NCBI GenBank assembly: GCA_900554845.1
Contig: USIY01000001.1
Location: 1-35,285 of the forward strand
Length of the DNA stretch: 35,285 nt
Reading direction: 5' to 3'
Origin: an uncultured Bacteroidales bacterium
Lineage (GTDB): Bacteria > Bacteroidota > Bacteroidia > Bacteroidales > Muribaculaceae
The notes beneath the pieces are model-generated. The model saw only the letters and a program-made list of their open reading frames with translations, was not told the DNA's origin and ran no database searches. The position numbers and the translations under genes were made by a program. Positions 17,610 through 27,672 of this stretch are shown in pieces (position 1 is the first letter of the stretch; the number at the start of each line of letters is the position of its first letter).

Positions 17610-19970
17610 TCAAAAATTAAAATGCATGCCCCATTGAAGTCCCCCGTGAGAAATGTCAGGACGATTCCTATAGGTCAATCTCCACGTATAATGAATGCTG
17701 AAAAGCCTTAAAATGTTTTCCAATCCTACTGAGCATTCCATATAGGGGGTTGACCCCATTGCAACTGAAGATGGATTGGGAAATTTGAGCACATTTGTGG
17801 AATGAGAGGGATCATTGCGGCGCGACAGATGGCCCCAAAAGCCCTTGAAGCCCACCACCTCGCGTATTTTTGCTTTTGTTATCAATGGAATATGATTGAA
17901 AATCAAGCCGTTCATAAAATAAGTAAAACTCCAGTTGACATATTCATCCATTGCAAACTCCATAGGATTCAATAATGAAAATGAGCGCGGTTCATACATA
18001 TAGGATGTATTTGCGTCTTGCCACGAAAGTTCCGTGAAAGGCACCTGCGTCCATATTTTTGAAGCATTCGCGGAAACTTCTATATATCCATAGGCCGACA
18101 GCCAAAATGTTTTCGTCAAATCGAACTCTGTCTTGAATATATTGAATCTGCCTCCCATCAATCCCTTTGGGCTAAATTTGAAATTCAAACTCATTACCCA
18201 CGGGTCTCTATTTATCGCCACACGTCCGTTCAATGTCTGGATGAACTTTTCATTAGGAGCCCATCGGACTGTCGCTGTAAATGCACCTTGATCCAGATGG
18301 CCGAACATCCTGCCGAACCCGTCTATGAATTTTACCGTAGGAGATTCCATACACCGGGTGTATCGGAATCCCACATTGAAAGACAAATTGTTTCTCCATT
18401 CCTTGGAATATTCAATATACGCTTCATTCCAATAATTTACGAAATCATTATTGGAACGCTGCCACGACTTCCAGATGGATGCGTCTCCGAAAGATGAATG
18501 AGAACTGCCTAACTTGTAAATATCATAACTCCATCCGGCTTTTATATTGTTCATAGGAAACTCTCTTGCATGTAATTTACGTTTTTCAAACGAGTATTCT
18601 CCCTCCGCGGCCCCTTTCCATTTATGATCGCCGAAACTCCACGCGAGATATCCTCGAAGAAAAAAATGAGGAAAAAGATTTGCTGTTGTCATTCCACCCA
18701 ATTGCATTCTCCATCCTTGCATGTGCGAGTAACTCAGCAGAGAATGTAACGGTCCGATCTCAAATTTATCTCTCTTTTCATATCCCGTGGGTATAAAATC
18801 TCGCGCTATTGCATGAATCACAGCTTCGCACCAATAAAACAATTTATCTTTGCGGAACACAGAATTTGCACCTGCCATGTTTCTTTCTGCCGCTGACAAC
18901 GGCATAAGCCTCCGCTCTTTCCAAAATTCCTCAGGGACATCATCCGCGCCTTCTAATGAAAAAGACGTACCGATGGACTCCAAATAACTTTCATAACCTT
19001 CGCGTCCTTCATATCCAAATTCATTCCGTCTAGTCTGACGGTTAAATGCAAATATCGGCGTCAAAGGGGCCAATTGCAAATCTACAAACATGTCGTCAAT
19101 AACCTTATGGACCTTCCCTAATGAATCCTTCCGGAAGTTTTGACTCAATATCAAGGATTTTACAAAATTCACATTCGCAGCCTTGGGAAGACGCATCATT
19201 GCCCGCCTCACATATTTTACGCTGTCTTTGACCGGAATATATAATCTGCCGTTAAAGCCGGTCATTTCCGGAACCGCAGGTGCAAATGACAATTCAACGC
19301 ACAAATCCTCACCAATCATTACTGTATCCTGCAGTTCATAATGATAAAAATTTATCCCCTGTTTTGACAAAGGGCTTACAAATTTATTACGCAGTAAATA
19401 AATATCATCTTCATATAAATTTACCTCACGCATGGCGTCAGAGATCGCTACAGAGGTATATTCCGAGCTGAATTTTTTATCAAGCCCTTCATTATGGGTT
19501 CCGTTCACTATCTCCACTCTTCGGTTCCCTTGGTAAATATTCACTGAACTTTTTTCCTTTAGCGATATATTCAGCACTCTTGTACCGGTCCAGGGAGCGG
19601 TATCGATCAGTTGATTCAATTTCGTACGGTCCTTGACGGGAATAATCCAAAACTCTCTGCCGTCTCCGTTAGTATCCGCTATTCCGACAGTTATTTTTTC
19701 ATATGAATCATAACTGTATCCATTTATATTTTCCGGCGCCACTTTTTCATGATCACCACGTATTCTGAGCATCAATGCGGAAGCCGGATTGTGTTTATTA
19801 TATTTTTGTTTCTTGTATTTTACCACCAACTCCTGCAAATCTCGCACAATTGGTTTGGCAGTGTCAGTAGCCATCCCCTTGACAGTTTGCTTTGCGGCAG
19901 TACTCGCTGCCGACATTGTGCAACAAACTGTACAAATTATTATAATTAAGAATAATCTTTTCCGGGTCAT
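17610..19970 (-). CDS. DUF5686-family outer membrane protein
   Basis: Signal peptide, YDSYEKI, FVSPLS, YHYELQDT, GWRMQLGGMTTANL, FSLLNPMEFAMDEY, PYMECSVGLENI; amphipathic C-terminal strand ending in Phe. Confidence 0.8.
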   Translation of the reverse strand: MTRKRLFLIIIICTVCCTMSAASTAAKQTVKGMATDTAKPIVRDLQELVVKYKKQKYNKHNPASALMLRIRGDHEKVAPENINGYSYDSYEKITVGIADTNGDGREFWIIPVKDRTKLNQLIDTAPWTGTRVLNISLKEKSSVNIYQGNRRVEIVNGTHNEGLDKKFSSEYTSVAISDAMREVNLYEDDIYLLRNKFVSPLSKQGINFYHYELQDTVMIGEDLCVELSFAPAVPEMTGFNGRLYIPVKDSVKYVRRAMMRLPKAANVNFVKSLILSQNFRKDSLGKVHKVIDDMFVDLQLAPLTPIFAFNRQTRRNEFGYEGREGYESYLESIGTSFSLEGADDVPEEFWKERRLMPLSAAERNMAGANSVFRKDKLFYWCEAVIHAIARDFIPTGYEKRDKFEIGPLHSLLSYSHMQGWRMQLGGMTTANLFPHFFLRGYLAWSFGDHKWKGAAEGEYSFEKRKLHAREFPMNNIKAGWSYDIYKLGSSHSSFGDASIWKSWQRSNNDFVNYWNEAYIEYSKEWRNNLSFNVGFRYTRCMESPTVKFIDGFGRMFGHLDQGAFTATVRWAPNEKFIQTLNGRVAINRDPWVMSLNFKFSPKGLMGGRFNIFKTEFDLTKTFWLSAYGYIEVSANASKIWTQVPFTELSWQDANTSYMYEPRSFSLLNPMEFAMDEYVNWSFTYFMNGLIFNHIPLITKAKIREVVGFKGFWGHLSRRNDPSHSTNVLKFPNPSSVAMGSTPYMECSVGLENILRLFSIHYTWRLTYRNRPDISHGGLQWGMHFNF

Positions 19971-20050
19971 TATTTTATTAACGAACTTATTTATTCATAT
20001 TGCACATAATGAAAGAATGCAATGAAGTTCAATATCCAACGTTAAAAAAA

Positions 20051-20058
20051 CAAAATTA
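20051..20058 (-). promoter_or_regulatory. Possible -7 element for the DUF5686 gene
   Basis: Minus strand TAATTTTG, 81 nt upstream of the ATG; no clear -33 element. Confidence 0.4.
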
Positions 20059-20085
20059 GATCCGAACAAGTTTATAACTTCAGCC

Positions 20086-20523
20086 ATGGGACAGGAAATA
20101 GAACATAAATATTTGGTCATCGACGACTCCTTCAAAGATACAGCGACAGAATGTCACCATATCATACAAGGCTATCTGTCACGCGTGCCGGAGAGAACGG
20201 TTCGTGTTCGTGTGCGCGACGAACAGGGATTCATAACTGTAAAAGGCAAAAACACGGGAGACAAACGGCTGGAATTTGAATATGAAATTCCCGTTGACGA
20301 TGCACGTGCTCTCATGTCGCTGTGTGAAGGCAAGATCATTGACAAAACTCGTTATATAGTTCCATTTGAAGGATACATATGGGAAGTGGACTGTTTTAAG
20401 CAACCTCAAGGGCTTTCCATAGCTGAAATCGAACTACCTTCATCAGTGGCAATTTATTCAAAACCTCCATTCGCTGGAGAAAATGTTACCGGAGTGCCTG
20501 AATTTTATAATTCCAACCTCTGA
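20086..20523 (+). CDS. CYTH-domain (triphosphate tunnel metalloenzyme) protein
   Basis: EIEHKYL (ExExK), IIQGYL, RVRVR, ITVKG, EFEYEIP, KTRY, WEVD, AEIEL. Confidence 0.92.
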   Translation: MGQEIEHKYLVIDDSFKDTATECHHIIQGYLSRVPERTVRVRVRDEQGFITVKGKNTGDKRLEFEYEIPVDDARALMSLCEGKIIDKTRYIVPFEGYIWEVDCFKQPQGLSIAEIELPSSVAIYSKPPFAGENVTGVPEFYNSNL

Positions 20524-20548
20524 ACGAACATAGTGCCTTCCGCAGTAC

Positions 20549-20890
20549 TCATCGGCGCTTCCTCAAGGCATCAAGCATATCCTGCAATTCATTGCGTGTC
20601 CGGGTAAGCGTGTCTATGATTTCCATGCGCTTGGAGATATTCGCCTTGTTGCTTCTGAACTGCTCTTTGGCGGCATCCATTCGCAATCCTTTAATTTTCA
20701 ACAAATAGTGTATGACTCGAAAAGTTTCAATATTTTCCGGGGTGTAATAACGCTGATTAGTGGAGCTTCGGCGCGGAGCGCATTCCGGGAACTCCGATTC
20801 CCAATAACGTAATGTCGATGCAGGGACATCCAACATGATCGACACATCCCTGATTTTATAATATTTCTTATCAAAAATCTCGTTGTCCAT
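20549..20890 (-). CDS. MerR-family HTH regulator (HTH-only type)
   Basis: YYKIRDVSIMLDVPASTLRYWESEF...RYY motif. Confidence 0.9.
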   Translation of the reverse strand: MDNEIFDKKYYKIRDVSIMLDVPASTLRYWESEFPECAPRRSSTNQRYYTPENIETFRVIHYLLKIKGLRMDAAKEQFRSNKANISKRMEIIDTLTRTRNELQDMLDALRKRR

Positions 20891-20899
20891 TGGTCTAAA

Positions 20900-21868
20900 T
20901 CAATCCATAATATCACCGGCATTTTCAGAAGCCGAAACATATTCCGCATATTCCTCCGGCAATAAATCCGAGAAACTGTAATTAACGGGATTCTGGGCTT
21001 CTCCCCGGAACCTGACTTCATAATGGAGATGAGGCGCCGTCGATTTTCCTGTGGAACCGACGCGTCCTATTTCCTGTCCTGTCTTCACTGTCTGTCCGGG
21101 TGCCACCGAAATATGGGAAAGATGCATATAGCGGGTCATATAATCATATCCATGGTCAATCTCTACGATATTTCCATACATATTTTTACGCTCGGCAATA
21201 GTGACACGTCCTTCCGCCGTTGCATACACGGGTGTGCCGACCGGCGCAGAATAGTCAAGACCGGCATGGAATTTAGAAACTCCCGTCACAGGATCCCTTC
21301 TCATGCCATATCCCCCAGATAAAACGGCAATTTTTAATGAAACCGGCAATATAGAGGGGATATGGTCAAGCTTACCTTTCTGTTCTTGCGCTGTCTGTTT
21401 AAGCTGATCGAACGACAACGACTGCGCGTACAACTGACGTTCGAGCATATCCACTTTCTGAGTCATGAATTTTATCAACCCTCCGTCCGATATGCTGTTA
21501 AGATCGCGATACCGCTTGTCGTTGTTCAGGCCGGCATATCGGTACATATCGTTGACCGGCTCCATCTGCAGCATAACACGATAAAGTTTGTCATCGCGGT
21601 CTTGTATCTTGGTGATTACGCTTTGGGCATTGTCTATACGGCGGTTGAGTATTTCATACTGTTGCTTTAGAGTCGCATTCTCCTCCCTTAGTCTTCGTTC
21701 ATCAGGAGTATCGAATATATAAAAGAACAATAAGAACAAGGTGACACCTATGGCAGTGGATATCAACAGATAACGCCCGGCATTGGCAATACGGCGTTTC
21801 AATGTCGGGAAAACCCTCTCAAAATTGTCGGTCTCGGGATTATAACGATAATACTGCTGATTACTCAC
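20900..21868 (-). CDS. M23-family peptidoglycan endopeptidase
   Basis: N-terminal TM, coiled coil, HAGLD (HxxxD) and HLHYEV (HxH) zinc motifs; GTG start. Confidence 0.92.
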   Translation of the reverse strand: MSNQQYYRYNPETDNFERVFPTLKRRIANAGRYLLISTAIGVTLFLLFFYIFDTPDERRLREENATLKQQYEILNRRIDNAQSVITKIQDRDDKLYRVMLQMEPVNDMYRYAGLNNDKRYRDLNSISDGGLIKFMTQKVDMLERQLYAQSLSFDQLKQTAQEQKGKLDHIPSILPVSLKIAVLSGGYGMRRDPVTGVSKFHAGLDYSAPVGTPVYATAEGRVTIAERKNMYGNIVEIDHGYDYMTRYMHLSHISVAPGQTVKTGQEIGRVGSTGKSTAPHLHYEVRFRGEAQNPVNYSFSDLLPEEYAEYVSASENAGDIMD

Positions 21869-21887
21869 GATTCTGTATTCTTGTCAA

Positions 21888-21923
21888 GTTGCAAAAATAG
21901 TAAATATTGATTAATTTTGCAAT
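21888..21923. promoter_or_regulatory. Overlapping divergent promoters (M23-merR / alaS)
   Basis: Minus-strand TATTTTTG (21899-21892) and plus-strand TAATTTTG (21912-21919), each with a TTG 20 nt upstream. Confidence 0.72.
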
Positions 21924-21958
21924 TCAATTCAAACTCAGAAAGTCAATACATAAATATA

Positions 21959-24592
21959 ATGCTAACCGCAAAGGAAATCAGAGAATCGTTCAAACAATTC
22001 TACCGCGAACGCGGACATAAAATTGTTCCTTCCGCACCAATGGTTCTGAAAGATGACCCGACATTGATGTTCACCAATGCCGGCATGAACCAGTTCAAGG
22101 ACATCATCCTCGGGAATAGAGTGCCGGAATCTCGGCGAATGGCCGACTCTCAGAAATGTCTTAGAGTTTCCGGCAAACACAATGATCTTGAAGAAGTGGG
22201 CCACGACACATATCACCACACCATGTTTGAGATGCTCGGAAACTGGAGTTTCGGCGATTATTTCAAACAAGATGCCATTGATTTCGCGTGGGAATATCTT
22301 GTGGATGTATTGAAAATTGATCCCGGACGTTTATATGCGACGGTATTTGAAGGTTATGCTCCGGAAGGACTTGCACGTGACGACGAGGCAGCTTCGATAT
22401 GGGAAAAGCATCTTCCTAAAGCCCACATCATCAACGGCAACCGTCATGATAATTTCTGGGAGATGGGCGACACGGGACCTTGCGGACCATGTTCGGAGAT
22501 ACACATCGATTTAAGAGATGATGAAGAGCGAGCAAAAATAGAAGGCGCTCAACTCGTCAACAAAGACAATCCGTTGGTTATAGAAATATGGAATCTTGTG
22601 TTCATGCAGTATAACCGAAAGGCAGACGGTCATCTTGAGCCTTTGCCCGCTAAGGTAATCGATACAGGAATGGGATTCGAGCGTCTCTGCATGGCTATGC
22701 AAGGCAAAAAATCAAACTACGACACCGACATCTTCACTCCCCTTATAGATAAAATATCCGAGCTGAGCGGAAAAAAATATGGTGTTGATGAGAAAACCGA
22801 CGTAGCGATGCGCGTGGCAGCGGACCATGTGCGCACCATATCCTTTTCCATAGCTGACAACCAGCTTCCCGGCAACGCAAAGGCCGGATATGTGATTCGC
22901 AGAATCCTTCGTCGTGCGGTGAGATATGTGTATACATTCCTGGATCAGAAAGATCCCATGCTTTATAAGCTTGTGGATACGCTTATAGACGAAATGGGAG
23001 ACGCATATCCTGAGCTTCCGGCCCAAGGCGACTTGATAAAGCGTGTGATCCGCGAGGAAGAGGAATCATTCCTCAGGACTCTTGACAACGGTATAAAATT
23101 GCTTGACTCTGTAGTGGAAAAAACCAGAAAGAGCGGTGAAAACAAAGTGGACGGGAAGGATGCATTCACCCTTTACGACACATATGGATTCCCGCTTGAC
23201 CTCACGGAGCTTATACTCCGCGAACAGGGTATGGAAGTGGATATAGAGGCCTTCCAGGCAGAAATGCAGAAGCAAAAGGACAGAGCTCGAAACGCCGCCT
23301 CGGTGGAGAATTCCGACTGGATTGAAGTAAATCCTGGCAATGAAGAATTTGTTGGTTATGACGAAAGCGAAGTCAAGACACATATCCTCCGCTACCGGAA
23401 AGTAAAGCAGAAAAACAAAGAATATTACCAGATCATGCTTGCCAAAACTCCATTTTATGGAGAAATGGGAGGTCAGGTCGGTGATAAAGGATGGTTGATA
23501 TCTCCCGATGGAGAGAAAATCGATATTTTCGACACCAAAAAGGAAAACAATACAGCGGTTCATCTCACAAAGGAACTTCCCTCCGATGTAAACTCGGAAT
23601 TTATAGCTAAGATCGACACTGATACACGGGCCAAAATTTCGGCCAATCACTCGGCCACGCATCTTATTCATGAAGCGTTGCGCGAAGTGCTGGGCACACA
23701 TGTCGAACAAAAGGGTTCCTTGGTTACTCCCGAAGGATTGAGATTCGACTTCTCCCATTTCCAGAAAGTCACTCCTGAAGAATTGAGAAAAGTTGAACAT
23801 ATCGTGAACGAACGCATCCGCAAAGCCACTCCCTTGCAAGAATGCCGGGAAATGCCCATAGCCGAAGCGCGCGAAATGGGCGCCATGGCATTGTTCGGTG
23901 AAAAATACGGAGACAAAGTTCGCGTGGTGAAATTCGGTTCCAGCGTAGAACTGTGCGGAGGCACACACGTCGCCAATACCGGCAATATCGGAATGATCCG
24001 CATTGTGTCGGAAAGTTCTATCGCCTCCGGTATCCGCCGTATCGAGGTCGTCACGGGGCCTGCTGTAGAAAAATTCCTTGATGAGCTTCAGGATCTAATG
24101 AATGATCTGAAAGGGCTGTTCAGCAACAGCGGTGATCTTCGCGCCACCATTCAGAAAACAATGGAGGAGAATTCCGACCTGCATAAACAAGTCAACAAGT
24201 ATATGGAGGACAGAACAGCCGCGCTTGCCAAAGATTTGATCAGCAATGCCAAAGTCATAAACGGTGTGTCGGTAATTATCCTTCCGGGCATACGTTTGGC
24301 TGAGGTTGTGAAGAACGTTGCGTTCATAATAAGGAAAGAGTGTCCTGAACAGACTGTGTTCATAGGTCTTAATGTAGTCAATGCCAAACCCCTTTTGACA
24401 CTTGCACTGAGTGACGATCTGGTCAAGCAGGGCTATAATGCCGGGAAAATTGTACGTGAAGCCGCTAAAGCCATCAAAGGAGGAGGAGGAGGTCAGCCTT
24501 TCTTCGCACAAGCCGGCGGAAAGGATCCTGAAGGGCTCAACAAGGCCGAAGAAACTATCCTTGAAGAACTGCATCTCAAAAATCTGGATTAA
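21959..24592 (+). CDS. alaS: Alanine--tRNA ligase
   Basis: [39 protein letters not shown], editing HSATH and ELCGGTH, C-terminal GGGGG...AQAGG. Start moved to ATG 21959, downstream of the promoter. Confidence 0.97.
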   Translation: MLTAKEIRESFKQFYRERGHKIVPSAPMVLKDDPTLMFTNAGMNQFKDIILGNRVPESRRMADSQKCLRVSGKHNDLEEVGHDTYHHTMFEMLGNWSFGDYFKQDAIDFAWEYLVDVLKIDPGRLYATVFEGYAPEGLARDDEAASIWEKHLPKAHIINGNRHDNFWEMGDTGPCGPCSEIHIDLRDDEERAKIEGAQLVNKDNPLVIEIWNLVFMQYNRKADGHLEPLPAKVIDTGMGFERLCMAMQGKKSNYDTDIFTPLIDKISELSGKKYGVDEKTDVAMRVAADHVRTISFSIADNQLPGNAKAGYVIRRILRRAVRYVYTFLDQKDPMLYKLVDTLIDEMGDAYPELPAQGDLIKRVIREEEESFLRTLDNGIKLLDSVVEKTRKSGENKVDGKDAFTLYDTYGFPLDLTELILREQGMEVDIEAFQAEMQKQKDRARNAASVENSDWIEVNPGNEEFVGYDESEVKTHILRYRKVKQKNKEYYQIMLAKTPFYGEMGGQVGDKGWLISPDGEKIDIFDTKKENNTAVHLTKELPSDVNSEFIAKIDTDTRAKISANHSATHLIHEALREVLGTHVEQKGSLVTPEGLRFDFSHFQKVTPEELRKVEHIVNERIRKATPLQECREMPIAEAREMGAMALFGEKYGDKVRVVKFGSSVELCGGTHVANTGNIGMIRIVSESSIASGIRRIEVVTGPAVEKFLDELQDLMNDLKGLFSNSGDLRATIQKTMEENSDLHKQVNKYMEDRTAALAKDLISNAKVINGVSVIILPGIRLAEVVKNVAFIIRKECPEQTVFIGLNVVNAKPLLTLALSDDLVKQGYNAGKIVREAAKAIKGGGGGQPFFAQAGGKDPEGLNKAEETILEELHLKNLD

Positions 24593-24603
24593 GATAAGGG
24601 ACA

Positions 24604-25485
24604 ATGAAGTCAGGACAAATAATCCTGCCGAAATCATCACGTTGGGGAGTTTTCATACTCTCCTTCGTGGTGATGTTTATTTTTACAGGAATTATATCAG
24701 GGTTGTTTTCCAGTATCGGTTTGTCGGAACGAATCCGAGTGCTGTCTGTCTCTGTAATTCAAGGGTTGCTTGCCTTTGTGTTCCCCACTCTTCTTACGTG
24801 GATATTGACTTCCTCTGAGCCTGCCGTATCCATAGGGTTACGGGAACAGGTATCCGGACGACTCTGGTTATGGATCATAAGTCTGTATATTATAGCTTAT
24901 CCCGCTTTATGTCAGACTGTTTTTTGGAACGAACATATGTCACTTCCGGATTCAATGGAAGGACTGGAAGCAACTTGGCGTAAATGGGAAGAAGCCGGAG
25001 CCAAGACAACCGATGAAATACTTTCAGTCAGCTCCATAGGAGCAATGATAGTCAATGTCCTCATTGTTGGTTTGTTCACAGGATTTGCTGAAGAGATGTT
25101 TTTTCGGGCCGGATTTCAGAAATTAATGATACAGTCGGGTATGCATCCGGGAATTGCCATATGGATTGCCGCTTTGATATTCAGTGCTGTCCACATGCAG
25201 TTCTTCGGTTTTGTACCAAGGCTTCTGTTGGGAGCGATGTTTGGATATGTATATTACCGTACCGGTTCAATTTGGGCATCAGCATTACTTCACGGCATTA
25301 ACAATACCATTGTAGTAGTCACTACATGGTTGGCTGCTTTGGGCATTATATCTGAAAACGTCGACGATGTTTTTATCATCGCCTCGGGATTTCCATGGAT
25401 ATTCGTCGCATCATCGGCAATCACAATCATTTTCTTGATTTATACTGCTAAGCCCGTTTCTTTCTTTTTCAAGCGTAATTCATAA
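24604..25485 (+). CDS. CPBP/Abi (CAAX-type) intramembrane metalloprotease
   Basis: Multi-TM protein with EEMFFR, FSAVH and HGINN motifs. Confidence 0.9.
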   Translation: MKSGQIILPKSSRWGVFILSFVVMFIFTGIISGLFSSIGLSERIRVLSVSVIQGLLAFVFPTLLTWILTSSEPAVSIGLREQVSGRLWLWIISLYIIAYPALCQTVFWNEHMSLPDSMEGLEATWRKWEEAGAKTTDEILSVSSIGAMIVNVLIVGLFTGFAEEMFFRAGFQKLMIQSGMHPGIAIWIAALIFSAVHMQFFGFVPRLLLGAMFGYVYYRTGSIWASALLHGINNTIVVVTTWLAALGIISENVDDVFIIASGFPWIFVASSAITIIFLIYTAKPVSFFFKRNS

Positions 25486-25499
25486 CAATTCCCCCAAAA

Positions 25500-26525
25500 A
25501 TGCCTGCTGTTACCGATCATCGCAAAATCATATCCGACATACGTGCCGGTAAACTCCATCCCGTTTACTTATTGATAGGAACGGAAACATACTTTATCGA
25601 CGTTATACTGGCGGAATTGGAAAAATATGCCGTTGCCCCCGAAGACCGAGATTTCAATTATAACCTATATTACGGTAACGACACGAACGCCGAGACCGTT
25701 ATAAACTGCGCGCAACAGTTTCCTGTTTTTGCCGATAGGAAATTAGTGATTTTGAAGGAAGCGCAGGGATTGACAAGTGCCAAGACGGATCTTGATAAAT
25801 TCGTGCCGTATGTCTCTCACCCCAATTACAACACTACACTTGTCATTACTTATACCTCTGAAAAGACATCGGCAATATCTGAGTTGCAAAAGGCTGCAAA
25901 TAAGACCGACGCATTGGTTTTCAAATCAGAATCTCCCCGGGACTATCAGTTAGCCCCGTATATCAAGGATTACTGTCAGCAAAATCATGTCAGCATTGAT
26001 GACAAAGCTGTGGAAATGCTTCGTGAATACATAGGGGCCCCACTCAGTAAATTGTTTGGAGAACTGTCGAAACTTATTCAAATTAAGAATGGCTCGGGAA
26101 GAATTTCATCCGATGATGTTGAAAAAAACATAGGCGTATCTAAGGAATTCAATAATTTTGAGCTGCTGAGGGCAATCTGTAAACGTGATTACCCGCAGTG
26201 TTGCCGGATAATAAAATATTTCCGTCGTAATCCCAAGCCAAATCCAACAATAGTGACATGCGCCACGATTTTCAATTACTTCAGCAAAATCACATCCGCG
26301 CATTTTCTTCCGTCTAAAGACGACACTACCTTGATGTCCGTTCTTGACCGTAAAAGTCCATATTTTTTGAATGAACTTAAAGATGCAATGCGAGCCTATC
26401 CTCCTGTGAAGGCGGTGAACGCAATTCATTATCTTAGAGAATTCGACTCCAAAAACAAAGGTGTCGGTTCTTTCGGCAATGAATATGACCTTTTGCAGGA
26501 ACTTATCTTCAAAATAATGACGTAA
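25500..26525 (+). CDS. holA: DNA polymerase III subunit delta
   Basis: PVYLLIGTETYFID, DFNYNLYYG, QFPVFADRKLVILKEAQ, ELSKL, GVSKEFNNFEL; 341 aa. Confidence 0.9.
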   Translation: MPAVTDHRKIISDIRAGKLHPVYLLIGTETYFIDVILAELEKYAVAPEDRDFNYNLYYGNDTNAETVINCAQQFPVFADRKLVILKEAQGLTSAKTDLDKFVPYVSHPNYNTTLVITYTSEKTSAISELQKAANKTDALVFKSESPRDYQLAPYIKDYCQQNHVSIDDKAVEMLREYIGAPLSKLFGELSKLIQIKNGSGRISSDDVEKNIGVSKEFNNFELLRAICKRDYPQCCRIIKYFRRNPKPNPTIVTCATIFNYFSKITSAHFLPSKDDTTLMSVLDRKSPYFLNELKDAMRAYPPVKAVNAIHYLREFDSKNKGVGSFGNEYDLLQELIFKIMT

Positions 26526-26780
26526 GGCTCTATCACATCTTTTTTGCTTATTAATTGAAGTATTTTGCATTTTTTCTGCAAGACCATCAAATAAAATATT
26601 AAATAGTTTGTTATAAAAAATAGGGCAAATCGCAAGTCGCCGTTATTAAATGTAAACACCGCATCGGAAGCTGTATATTGGCTTGGTTGATTTAGCGGAA
26701 TTGGGGGCGCTGATACCTTAACTTTTAGCATATAATTGTCGTCTGAAGAGACTAAAGATTAGAATTTCTGAAAGAAGAAT

Positions 26781-27641
26781 ATGAGACAACTCAAGATAAC
26801 AAAGTCAATCACCAATCGCGAGAGCGCTTCGCTTGACAAATACCTTCAGGAAATCGGCCGCGAGGAACTGATTTCAGTAAGCGAGGAAGTTGAATTGGCG
26901 CAGCGCATCAAGAAAGGTGATCAGGCTGCATTGGAGAAACTTATTAAAGCAAACCTCCGCTTTGTAGTATCTGTAGCCAAACAATATCAAAATCAAGGTC
27001 TGAGCCTTCCTGACCTTATCAACGAAGGAAATCTCGGATTGATTCGCGCAGCGCAGAAATTCGATGAGACACGTGGATTCAAGTTTATATCCTACGCTGT
27101 ATGGTGGATACGCCAGTCGATTCTTCAGGCTTTGGCCGAACAGTCACGTATAGTGCGTCTACCGCTCAATCAAGTGGGCTCGCTTAATAAAATCACAAAG
27201 GAGATGGCTCGTTTCGAACAAGAGAACGAACGTCGCCCCTCCACCGAGGAACTCGCAGAACGTCTGGACATGTCAGTCGACAAGATCTCTGACGCAATAC
27301 AGGTATCGGGACGTCCTATATCGGTGGACGCTCCTTTTGTTGAAGGCGAAGACAACTCTCTTCTCGACGTACTCGCAAACGACGACAGTCCCATGGCCGA
27401 CGCCGATCTTAATAAAGAATCTCTGTCAAAGGAGGTGGACCGGGCCTTGAAGCAACTCTACGACCGTGAACGGGAAATATTGAAGATGTTCTTCGGAATC
27501 GGCTGCCAGGAAATGACCTTGGAAGAAATAGGCGCGAAATTCGACCTTACGCGCGAACGTGTGCGCCAGATTAAAGAAAAGGCCATCAGGCGTTTAAAAG
27601 GACAGAAGAGCAAACTCTTGAAATCATACTTGGGAGAATAA
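26781..27641 (+). CDS. rpoD: Primary sigma-70 factor, Bacteroidetes short type (no region 1.1)
   Basis: [63 protein letters not shown]; 286 aa. Confidence 0.95.
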   Translation: MRQLKITKSITNRESASLDKYLQEIGREELISVSEEVELAQRIKKGDQAALEKLIKANLRFVVSVAKQYQNQGLSLPDLINEGNLGLIRAAQKFDETRGFKFISYAVWWIRQSILQALAEQSRIVRLPLNQVGSLNKITKEMARFEQENERRPSTEELAERLDMSVDKISDAIQVSGRPISVDAPFVEGEDNSLLDVLANDDSPMADADLNKESLSKEVDRALKQLYDREREILKMFFGIGCQEMTLEEIGAKFDLTRERVRQIKEKAIRRLKGQKSKLLKSYLGE

Positions 27642-27672
27642 TCTTTTAATAATCATTCAACATACTCAGCCT

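Noticed and set aside
23066..23968. 300-aa minus-strand ORF
   Set aside because: Antisense shadow of alaS; explained by codon bias of a conserved gene.
24604..25485. CPBP/Abi gene as a phage abortive-infection system
   Set aside because: The Abi name is historical; the context is housekeeping (alaS, holA) with no defence partners.
26429..26731. 100-aa minus-strand ORF over the holA-rpoD gap
   Set aside because: Overlaps holA antisense, has no motifs and reads like translated AT-rich intergenic DNA.
26781..27641. Short sigma-70 as a truncated rpoD pseudogene
   Set aside because: Lack of region 1.1 is normal for the Bacteroidetes primary sigma factor.
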